DNA of 32,000 bases. Origin: Candidatus Omnitrophota bacterium. Its GTDB lineage: Bacteria; Omnitrophota; Gorgyraeia; Zapsychrales; JANLHA01. The notes beneath the pieces were generated by a model. The model was not told where the DNA came from, searched no databases, and saw only the letters and a list, made by a program, of their open reading frames with translations. The DNA lies in contig OY759724.1 of assembly GCA_963662715.1 (NCBI GenBank), forward strand, positions 2,340,001-2,372,000, written 5' to 3'. Within the stretch, counting starts at the first letter, position 1; each line of letters starts with the position of its first letter. Positions 10,100 through 17,770 of the stretch are shown piece after piece. The position numbers were made by a program, and so were the translations under genes.

Positions 10100-10552
10100 A
10101 TGAAAATTATGCGTTGGGTAGGGAAATATGTTGTGCTGGTGGTGTTGTTGAGCGGATGCTCTTTTGTCCAGGAGTGCGGGAAAACCCTGTGGGGGTCTTC
10201 TACGCGTGCTTTGGAAAAAGCCCGGGACCAGGCCCTTGCACAGAGATTCCGCTGCTCACTGGAAGATTGCTATGAAACAGCTTTGGAATTAACGGGCTCA
10301 AGCGAGGATTTTGGTCCTGAGCAGGTGACCTTTCAGTTGTTTTTAGAAAGAAGACGGGAGAATTTTTTTGTTGTGATGGGGATCCCGGGCAGCGTTGATA
10401 CAACGGAGGCCGGGGTGTTTTTTGTCCCTGTCAATGATTCTGAAGTCCGGGTGGAGGTCTCTTCTTTAAGTTCCAACGCCAAGGCCCGTGTGGCCGAAGC
10501 CGTTTTTGCCTATTTATCTGAGCGTTTCAAGACTGTTCCCGCATTTCAATAA
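10100..10552 (+). CDS. hypothetical lipoprotein
   Basis: The N-terminus MKIMRWVGKYVVLVVLLSGCSF is a signal peptide with an L-S-G-C lipobox. Confidence 0.6.
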   Translation: MKIMRWVGKYVVLVVLLSGCSFVQECGKTLWGSSTRALEKARDQALAQRFRCSLEDCYETALELTGSSEDFGPEQVTFQLFLERRRENFFVVMGIPGSVDTTEAGVFFVPVNDSEVRVEVSSLSSNAKARVAEAVFAYLSERFKTVPAFQ

Positions 10553-10644
10553 GAGTTATCCCCGAGGAAGACGGCAGGAAATGTCGTCTTCACGCGTGAC
10601 GCCATTTGGAAGCGGTTAATCATGTCCTCAGCATCCCTTGAACT

Positions 10645-11163
10645 ATGATTGAGAACGAATTGTTATTCCTGGGGCTTCTCATGGGGGGCCCCAAACACGG
10701 GTATGAAATTAAGCGAATTATTGAGGAGGAACTGTACCCTCTGATTGGTTTGGATGTTAAATCGATCTATTATCCGCTTAAAAAAATGGAACAGCTGAAT
10801 TTATTAAAGAAAGATATCGGACGGGAAGGCCGCTGGCCGGAAAAATACGTTTACAAGATAACCCCGAAAGGGAAGAAGATATTCCACCATCTGATTACCG
10901 AAAGTTTTTTACTGATTGAGCGCCCGTATTTTAATATAGATTTATCTCTTTATTTTATTCAGTATGTTGACAAAAAGATTGCCAAAAGAAAACTGAAAGC
11001 GAGAATTTTTTTCCTGAAACGCATAAAAAGAGAGCTGGAGAAGCTGATTCAGAGAAAAGCCAGCCAGTTGTCTCCGCATCTTGATATTATCCTTGAGCAT
11101 GATCTGGACCTTGTTGACGCGGAAATCAAATCCTTTAAAAGGCTCATTGATTCTCTGCAATAG
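10645..11163 (+). CDS. PadR-family transcriptional regulator
   Basis: The product has a PadR-type wHTH (GPKHGYEIKRIIEEEL ... SIYYPLKKMEQLNLLKK ... YKITPKGKK) followed by a helical C-terminal domain. Confidence 0.8.
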   Translation: MIENELLFLGLLMGGPKHGYEIKRIIEEELYPLIGLDVKSIYYPLKKMEQLNLLKKDIGREGRWPEKYVYKITPKGKKIFHHLITESFLLIERPYFNIDLSLYFIQYVDKKIAKRKLKARIFFLKRIKRELEKLIQRKASQLSPHLDIILEHDLDLVDAEIKSFKRLIDSLQ

Positions 11164-11166
11164 TGC

Positions 11167-11194
11167 TTGACAAATCTCCTTCTTGTATTAAAAT
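11167..11194 (+). promoter_or_regulatory. sigma70-like promoter (TTGACA-16 nt-TAAAAT) upstream of the acyl-CoA ligase gene
   Basis: TTGACA is at 11167-11172 and TAAAAT at 11189-11194, with a 16-nt spacer. The -35 begins 3 nt after the padR stop codon. Confidence 0.6.
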
Positions 11195-11317
11195 CTAACT
11201 AATAAAATTTTACTATTTCCTCAGAAGTCTAACTTCTGTTAAATAAAGCAGATACGGCCAAATACGGCAAAAAATCAAGAAAGAAACCCCTCCCAGCTCA
11301 TATGAAGGTGATTTGTA

Positions 11318-12856
11318 ATGAACGTCTACCATTTGCTCAAAGAAAAGGCTGACACTTACAGCGGGAAACCGGCTTTAATTTTTAAGGATCAGGAAATATC
11401 ATTTTCAGATTTAAGGGGACAGGTCATCCGCCTGGCATCCGGCTTAAAGAAGTTAGGCGTCGGGAAATCAGATAAAGTGGCTGTCTTTCTTCCGAATTGT
11501 CCCGAATATGTTGTCTGTTACCTGGCCTGTTTTCACCTCGGAGCCGTCGTCGTTCCTCTGGATTATATGCTAAAGGACGATGAGCTGGTCTCCTGCTTAT
11601 CTCATTCGGAAACAAAAGCGCTGTTCGCTATGCCGAAAACAGACATTTCTTTGCCGGATATCAAGTCAAAAGTCCCTTCTTTACAGCATGTCATTCTTTT
11701 TCCGGGCCAAACAGAGGCGGGAGACCGGGAGGTTCTTTGGCCGAATTTATTGGAAGGGGGGGGGGATGATTTGCCGGAGGTTCTCATCGAGGATTCGGAC
11801 CCCGCCCTTATCATGTACACATCCGGCACCACGGGGCGGCCTAAAGGGATTTTACTTAATTATAAACATTTGGAAGGCTCTCCTAAAGCCATGGAATTTT
11901 TTGTCGATTTAAACGACAGGGATATCAAGCTGGCGGCCATTCCTTTCAGCCATATCGGCGGATTCATTTATATACAGAATTCTCTTATCTTCGGAATAAC
12001 ACTTGTTATTATGGACCGTTTTAATCCCTATGAGTTCTTGAGAAATATTCAGCGTTACAAGGTCACATGTTTTCACATTGTCCCGGCCATGTATACAGCC
12101 TTGTTGACATTGAAACAAATAGATAAATTCGATCTGTCCTCTTTGCGGTGGGTCGTTGTTTTCGGGGCGCCCAGCACCCCGGAGATTATGGCGCGTTTCC
12201 AGAAATACTGCCCGAATGCAAAATTGTTGAATGGCTGGGGCATGACGGAAACATGTCCGCCGAACACCGTGACGCCTCTGGGGAGCAGCAATATTGCCAG
12301 TGTGGGGAAACCCTCGCCCGTTTCTGAAATGAAATTGATCGATGATGACGGGCAGGACGTCCCCTGCGGCCAGATCGGTGAGATTGTCATTCGCGGCTGG
12401 GTTGTTATGGACGAGTATTATAAAGACCCGGACCTGACGGCCCAGACGAAAAAGAACGGCTGGCTTTATACCGGGGATCTCGGCCGTTTTGACGAAGAGG
12501 GATATTTATATATCGTTGGCCGTAAGAAAGAAATGATAAAAGTCGGAGGACAGATTGTTTACGCTCCGGAAGTGGAAGCCGCTTTTCATAAGCATGAAGC
12601 TGTCGAGGAGACCGCGGTTATCGGTGTTTCGGATGCTTTAAGGGGCGAAGCGGTGAAAGCTTTTGTCGTATTGAAGGAGGGAATGGATATTTCGATCGAA
12701 GACCTCAGATATTTTGCCCGCCAGCATTTGGCTCATTTTAAAGTGCCTTCCGAAATTGAACTGAAGGATGTCCTGCCAAAAAACCGGATTGGAAAAATTG
12801 ATAAGGAAACATTAAGGAAAAATCACGCCGGAAGTGCGGCGCAAGATGGAAGATGA
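11318..12856 (+). CDS. AMP-dependent synthetase/ligase (acyl-CoA or acyl-ACP ligase, ANL superfamily)
   Basis: The AMP-binding motif YTSGTTGRPKG is at nt 11816-11848. Also present are GWGMTE, YTGDLGRFDEEGYLYIVGRKKEMIK and the C-terminal PKNRIGKI lysine motif. An AAGGTGAT RBS lies upstream. Confidence 0.9.
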   Translation: MNVYHLLKEKADTYSGKPALIFKDQEISFSDLRGQVIRLASGLKKLGVGKSDKVAVFLPNCPEYVVCYLACFHLGAVVVPLDYMLKDDELVSCLSHSETKALFAMPKTDISLPDIKSKVPSLQHVILFPGQTEAGDREVLWPNLLEGGGDDLPEVLIEDSDPALIMYTSGTTGRPKGILLNYKHLEGSPKAMEFFVDLNDRDIKLAAIPFSHIGGFIYIQNSLIFGITLVIMDRFNPYEFLRNIQRYKVTCFHIVPAMYTALLTLKQIDKFDLSSLRWVVVFGAPSTPEIMARFQKYCPNAKLLNGWGMTETCPPNTVTPLGSSNIASVGKPSPVSEMKLIDDDGQDVPCGQIGEIVIRGWVVMDEYYKDPDLTAQTKKNGWLYTGDLGRFDEEGYLYIVGRKKEMIKVGGQIVYAPEVEAAFHKHEAVEETAVIGVSDALRGEAVKAFVVLKEGMDISIEDLRYFARQHLAHFKVPSEIELKDVLPKNRIGKIDKETLRKNHAGSAAQDGR

Positions 12857-12916
12857 TATCCTGGGATGTGTGTCATTAATTTTCATGAATATACCTGAAC
12901 AAGAAAGGAATGAATT

Positions 12917-13666
12917 ATGCAGACGATGGTTAAAGAAGTCCATATGACAGGTGAAGACCTGATGGAGATGGTTCAGCTGCGCCCGGAAGACATCGGGTCT
13001 TTTGCCATTGTCCCGGGCCCCAGGGAACGCATGGACGCCTTGGTGAAGAAACTGGAGAATCCTATCAAGAATTTTTCTTTTATGGAATATACCATGTTCA
13101 CGGGGGAATACCAGGGGACGAGGGTTACGACAATCAACGGGGGCCGTTTCTCCGCTGATACAGCCATCACCACGGAAATCCTCTGCAATGCCCGGGCCAA
13201 AACCATGATCCGTATCGGAAGCTGCGGGGCGTTGAGGGAAGATATTAAAATCGGCGATTTGGTTGTGGCCGAAAGCGCTGTCCGGGGGGACGGTGTTACT
13301 CCGTATTATGTCGATCATGGTTTTGAAACAAAGGCTGATTCGGCGTTGACTCAGCAAATCACAGCCGCGGCAGAACAGTCCGGGCTAACGGTCCGCAAAG
13401 GGGCCGTCTGGTCGACCGATGCTATTTTAAGAGAAACCAAAGAGCACGTCGGCAAAGCCGTTGAGCAGGGCGCGATAGCCGTGGATATGGTGACGTCGGT
13501 TTTCCTGACTTTGTGCCAGCTTTATAATGTCCCGGCTGCGGTCATCTTGGCGGTGAGCGATAATGTCATAACCGGGGAGATGGGATTTATGAATCCTGAT
13601 TATTATATGGCTGAAGGAGCGATGATCGGCATCGCTTTGAATCTGGTTAAGAACGCAAAAAAATAA
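12917..13666 (+). CDS. nucleoside phosphorylase, PNP/UDP family 1 (hexameric DeoD/Udp-like); candidate 5'-deoxyadenosine/MTA phosphorylase
   Basis: The sequence resembles the NP-I family (GGRFSADTAITTEIL, IRIGSCGAL, GDLVVAESAVR.DG). The substrate assignment rests only on operon context with MtnA-like and aldolase genes. Confidence 0.75.
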   Translation: MQTMVKEVHMTGEDLMEMVQLRPEDIGSFAIVPGPRERMDALVKKLENPIKNFSFMEYTMFTGEYQGTRVTTINGGRFSADTAITTEILCNARAKTMIRIGSCGALREDIKIGDLVVAESAVRGDGVTPYYVDHGFETKADSALTQQITAAAEQSGLTVRKGAVWSTDAILRETKEHVGKAVEQGAIAVDMVTSVFLTLCQLYNVPAAVILAVSDNVITGEMGFMNPDYYMAEGAMIGIALNLVKNAKK

Positions 13667-13670
13667 TCCT

Positions 13671-14639
13671 ATGACAGAAACCCCTTTATTCTGGCCGGCA
13701 AAAATGAAAGGGCGCGTCCTGAATGTCCTGGACGAAACCCTTATCCCGAAAAAGACTGTCTATATTAAAGTCCGGAATACGGCTCAGGCCGTTAAGGTGA
13801 TCCGTTCCATGAAAACCAGGGCTTTCGGACAGTTTCTTGTGGTATTAAATACATTTTTGCTGGAAATCCAGGCGGCAGACAAGGCCTCTGACAGGGTTTT
13901 CATGCAGAAAATGAACAAAACAGCCCAGGCGCTTAATGCCAGCCGCCCGACGTTCCCTTTTTCCGAAGTGACGGGCATCGTCGTGCACTGGGCTGAAGAA
14001 GCGCTAAGGCACCATGAAGATCCCCGCAAAATTGTCAAAAGAAATATTCATGGATATTTGCAGGGGATCAGGCAGCAGCGTCTGGACCGGGTGGCCAGGT
14101 TGGCGAAGTTAATGAAGAACGGAGACAGCATCCTGACACATTGCAATGTCTCGGGGGAACTGGCCATGGCCGCGGCTCTTTGCAGGAAACAAGGGAAAAA
14201 AATCCAGATTTTTGCTACCGAGACCCGTCCGTATCTGCAGGGGGCCAAGTTGACGTGCTGGGAATTGAAGCGGGTCGGCATTGATGTGACATTGATCGCC
14301 GATAATGCTGTGGCATCTGTGATGGCCGACTCTTTGGTGAACAAGGTGATCGTCGGATCGGACAGGAATTGTGCCAACGGCGATTTCGCGAACAAGATCG
14401 GCACCTATCAAATCGCCGTTTGTGCCCAAGAATTCAATATCCCTTTTTATGTCCTCACGCAGCCTTCCCGGGCCGTTAAGTCAGGCCGGGATATCCCGAT
14501 TGAAATACGGGACGAGAAAGAACTGCTTTGTTATGAAGGGAAGCGTTTTGTCCCGAGAGGGGCCAAAGGTTTTTATCCGGGATTCGATGTGGTTCCTTAT
14601 CAATATGTCACAAAAACGGTAGCGATCAATGTCAAATAA
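13671..14639 (+). CDS. eIF-2B alpha/beta/delta-family sugar-phosphate isomerase (MtnA-like 5-(methylthio/deoxy)ribose-1-phosphate isomerase)
   Basis: The product has ILTHCNVSG (the catalytic Cys context of MtnA) and VIVGSDRNCANGDFANKIGTYQIAVCAQEFNIPFYVL (the catalytic Asp context plus the NKIGT motif). It starts 4 nt after the upstream gene. Confidence 0.75.
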   Translation: MTETPLFWPAKMKGRVLNVLDETLIPKKTVYIKVRNTAQAVKVIRSMKTRAFGQFLVVLNTFLLEIQAADKASDRVFMQKMNKTAQALNASRPTFPFSEVTGIVVHWAEEALRHHEDPRKIVKRNIHGYLQGIRQQRLDRVARLAKLMKNGDSILTHCNVSGELAMAAALCRKQGKKIQIFATETRPYLQGAKLTCWELKRVGIDVTLIADNAVASVMADSLVNKVIVGSDRNCANGDFANKIGTYQIAVCAQEFNIPFYVLTQPSRAVKSGRDIPIEIRDEKELLCYEGKRFVPRGAKGFYPGFDVVPYQYVTKTVAINVK

Positions 14640-15114
14640 GAAACCGCTAAAGCACATTCTGGTTCACGGACAGGCGGCCCCGGCCGTTATGGACATTTTA
14701 AAGAAAAAGAGACAGAAGACTGTTGTCATCCCCGAGGGGCGCCCTCAGCTCGAGGCGGCGAAGGTCAACAGCCGTGAGTTGTTGAAACGGAACATGACTC
14801 CGCTTGTCATCGCGGACAATATGGCCGGTTTTATGTTTTATCGAAATATGATCAAAGAAGTCTGGCTGGCTTATCAGATCGGAGACGCGCACGGGGCGCT
14901 TTGTGATATCGGGGCCTTGATATATGCGGTCCTGGCCAAGAAACACCGAGTCCCGGTTCTGGCTTATCCCGCGGTCGAACAGAAAAGATTTATTGGAAAA
15001 CCCAAAGAGATCTGTTGCTTCTGCGGCCGGCGCGTGGCGCCTCCGGCTGTCAAGGGATATGTCCCTCTTCTGGAGTGGGTCCCGGGAAACTATATAGGAA
15101 AAATACATGAATAA
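14629..15114 (+). CDS. short eIF-2B/MtnA-like Rossmann-domain protein (half-size paralog)
   Basis: The 161-aa product resembles only the C-terminal nucleotide-fold half of MtnA/eIF2B (VVIPEGRPQLEAAKV..EL, TPLVIADNMAGFMF, VLAKKHRVPVLAYP). It overlaps the upstream stop by 11 nt and the downstream start by 8 nt, which indicates translational coupling. Confidence 0.55.
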   Translation: MSNKKPLKHILVHGQAAPAVMDILKKKRQKTVVIPEGRPQLEAAKVNSRELLKRNMTPLVIADNMAGFMFYRNMIKEVWLAYQIGDAHGALCDIGALIYAVLAKKHRVPVLAYPAVEQKRFIGKPKEICCFCGRRVAPPAVKGYVPLLEWVPGNYIGKIHE

Positions 15115-16135
15115 TGAACTTAAAGAGACAATCAAGAAAAATATGATCGCCGTCGGCCGGCTGCTTTGGGAGAAAGAATTGGCGACGGGCCTGAACGGGA
15201 ATATGAGTGTTAAGGTTGACGATCAGCATATCCTTCTGACGGGCAGTAAAACTTGCCTGGGGCTGCTGCACGATCAGGACATCCTGTTGATGAATTTGGA
15301 CGGACAGGTGATTGATGAGGGCATGATTTCCACGGAAGCGCTGCTGCATACGGATATTTATAAGAATGTCCCTTCCGTGAAATCCGTTCTGCATACGCAC
15401 ACGACGTTTGCAAACGCATATTTCTCGGAGCTGGATGTCCTGTCTCCGAGAAATTTTGAATCCAAACTGTATCTGGGAGAAGTCAGGTCTATTCCTCAGG
15501 ATACGCCGTCAGTGACGGATACCGCTCCGGTTCTCTCGGCCCTTAAAGAGAATAACGTCCTTGTCTTGAAAAATCATGGCATTGTTGCCGCCGGTGAAGA
15601 CCTTTTCGATTGTTTTCTTCTTGTCCAATGCCTTGAGGAGGCAGTGAAGGTGGAGTGTTTCAGCCGGTTGTTTAAGCCAAAGGCCCCTTTGAACAACACC
15701 GGTCTTTCTGCCGGATCAAAAAAAACGGAAGAACCCGGGGCGGCTGCTCCGGGGAAAAAATATAAATTGTTTTCTCAGGAGCAAATCGACCAGATCGTTC
15801 AGGTTGTCAACGCTGACAAACAGCTGAAAGATATGGGGGAAAAGACTCAGATGACCATGGAACTGGCCGTTAAATTGAACGAAACCGACCGGGTGTACAG
15901 TTTTCAGTTTGAAAACGGCCGGATTGTTCGGGTCGGCCATAATACGGACGCGGAATTTTTAATTTCGGCTTCGGCCAAAGTCTGGCTCGCCGTATTCAAC
16001 CGCCAAATAGATCCTTTTGTGGCAACAACGCAGAAAAAGATGCACCTGAAGGGCGATTATGCCCGGATTTCGAAATGGTATGCTCCCTGTAGCCGGATTT
16101 TCGAATTATGGCAGCAAGTTCCGGTTGAAGGATGA
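15107..16135 (+). CDS. class II aldolase/adducin-domain protein fused to a C-terminal SCP2-like domain
   Basis: The N-terminal ~190 aa carry class II aldolase motifs (GLNGNMSVK, LLTGSKT, STEALLHTDIY, SVLHTHTTFA zinc histidines, LKNHGIVAAGEDL). A Gly/Ala/Pro/Lys linker follows. The C-terminal ~120 aa look like an SCP2 sterol-carrier fold (AEFLISASAKVWLAVFNRQIDPFVATTQKKMHLKGD). Confidence 0.7.
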   Translation: MNNELKETIKKNMIAVGRLLWEKELATGLNGNMSVKVDDQHILLTGSKTCLGLLHDQDILLMNLDGQVIDEGMISTEALLHTDIYKNVPSVKSVLHTHTTFANAYFSELDVLSPRNFESKLYLGEVRSIPQDTPSVTDTAPVLSALKENNVLVLKNHGIVAAGEDLFDCFLLVQCLEEAVKVECFSRLFKPKAPLNNTGLSAGSKKTEEPGAAAPGKKYKLFSQEQIDQIVQVVNADKQLKDMGEKTQMTMELAVKLNETDRVYSFQFENGRIVRVGHNTDAEFLISASAKVWLAVFNRQIDPFVATTQKKMHLKGDYARISKWYAPCSRIFELWQQVPVEG

Positions 16136-16145
16136 GATTTGAGCT

Positions 16146-17633
16146 ATGGACAGATATGATTTATTCATTAACGGGACGTTAAGGCCGGCACAGGAAGACC
16201 GGTATTTTGAGGCCATGAACCCTTCCGCCGGAGAAGCGTTCGCACAGGTGGCAGATGCCTCCTGCGGGGACATGGCTGAAGCGATTGACGCCGCACGGCA
16301 GTGTTTTTTATCCATGGCCTGGGCCGGACTGACGATCAGGGAAAGAGGTCAGTTTTTATCGCGTGTCGCACAGCTCATCCGGGATAATGCCAAACTTTTG
16401 GCCGAATTGGAAAGTTCCGATACCGGCAAAACGATTAAGCAGACGACATTTATTGACGTCCCCACGTGTGCGGACACTTTTGAATATTTTGCCGGAGTGA
16501 GTGATCAGTTGAAAGGAACGATCAACCCTGTCCCGGCCCCTGTACGCAGCCTGACCGATAGAGAGCCTGTGGGTGTCGTCGCCGCCATTATCCCCTGGAA
16601 CTATCCTCTTATCATGTTCGCCTGGAAGGTGGCGCCTGCTTTGATCGCCGGGAATTCCGTTATTTTTAAGCCGTCCCGCCAGGCAAGCGTTTCCATTTCA
16701 AAACTCGCCCAAATTATCCGGCAGGCCGGCCTGCCGGACGGGGCGCTTAATGTTGTCACAAGCAGCCGGCATGAGGTGGTTCAGAAACTCATTGAAAGCC
16801 CGGAAGTTCATATGATCAGTTTTACCGGGGGGACGGAAACGGGCCGCGATGTCATGCGCCGCGCCGCACAGACGACAAAAAAATTAAATTTGGAACTCGG
16901 GGGGAAATCTCCCAACATCGTGTTCGCGGATTGTGATATCGACGCCGCTGTCGGGGGGACGCTGTCAGCCATTTTTATGAATCAGGGACAGATGTGTACC
17001 GCCGGATCCCGGTTGCTTTTGGAGGATGATATTTATGACGATTTTTTAAAAAGACTGGTTCAGAAGGTGCAGCAGTTTAAGATCGGCCATAGTATCAATT
17101 ACGATACGGATTTTGGCCCTCTTATTAGCGCGCAGCACCGGGAGCAGGTTTTGTCCTACGTCCGAAAAGGGGTAAACGAAGGCGCTACGCTTCTTTGCGG
17201 CGGCAAGATACCGGAAGATCTCCCTTCGGATATAGCGAAAGGATATTATTTGGAGCCTACGATCTTCACGGACGTTACTCCTGAGATGACGATTGCCCGG
17301 GAAGAAATATTCGGCCCGGTTCTGTCGGTCATGAGATTCTCCTCTCCGGAAGAAGCTCTGGAGCTCGCGAATGATACTCCTTACGGTCTGGCTGCCTGTG
17401 TTTGGACCAGGAGCATGGATAAAGCTCAGCAGGTTTCCAAACAGCTGCAGTGCGGAATCGTGTGGGTTAACACCTACGGCGGTTTTTACAACGAGGCTTC
17501 CTTCGGCGGTTACAAACAGAGCGGGTTTGGCCGTTCCCTGGGAACCGAGGGCCTTTTGGAATATACGCAGTCAAAACATATCTGTATTGACGCGACACCT
17601 GGAGGGCGTTCTCTTGTCTCGAGCTGGTTTTGA
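16146..17633 (+). CDS. NAD(P)+-dependent aldehyde dehydrogenase (non-acylating ALDH superfamily)
   Basis: Present are the ELGGKSP glutamate motif, the FMNQGQMCTAGSR catalytic cysteine motif, PWNYPL and EEIFGPV. The product is 495 aa. Confidence 0.92.
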   Translation: MDRYDLFINGTLRPAQEDRYFEAMNPSAGEAFAQVADASCGDMAEAIDAARQCFLSMAWAGLTIRERGQFLSRVAQLIRDNAKLLAELESSDTGKTIKQTTFIDVPTCADTFEYFAGVSDQLKGTINPVPAPVRSLTDREPVGVVAAIIPWNYPLIMFAWKVAPALIAGNSVIFKPSRQASVSISKLAQIIRQAGLPDGALNVVTSSRHEVVQKLIESPEVHMISFTGGTETGRDVMRRAAQTTKKLNLELGGKSPNIVFADCDIDAAVGGTLSAIFMNQGQMCTAGSRLLLEDDIYDDFLKRLVQKVQQFKIGHSINYDTDFGPLISAQHREQVLSYVRKGVNEGATLLCGGKIPEDLPSDIAKGYYLEPTIFTDVTPEMTIAREEIFGPVLSVMRFSSPEEALELANDTPYGLAACVWTRSMDKAQQVSKQLQCGIVWVNTYGGFYNEASFGGYKQSGFGRSLGTEGLLEYTQSKHICIDATPGGRSLVSSWF

Positions 17634-17770
17634 CTGCCGAGCCTCCGCAGCCTTTATGTCTTTATTGTAACGCGCGTTACCGGGTATCTTAAGAAATGCA
17701 AGACAGGGATGTGCAGGGTCTTTTTTAGTAAAGAAACCATAGAACATAATTTTTTTGAGAAAGGGATGGA

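Noticed and set aside
10567-10591. Hairpin gaagacg-(11 nt)-cgtcttc after the lipoprotein gene, considered as a terminator
   Set aside because: The stem is only 7 bp, with a large loop and no T-run afterwards. This is too weak to annotate.
17668-17681. Perfect 14-bp palindrome gtaacgcgcgttac between the ALDH and the rSAM gene, considered as a terminator
   Set aside because: It has no following U-tract and the stem is short. It could be a protein-binding site or a chance palindrome. The evidence is not enough to call a feature.
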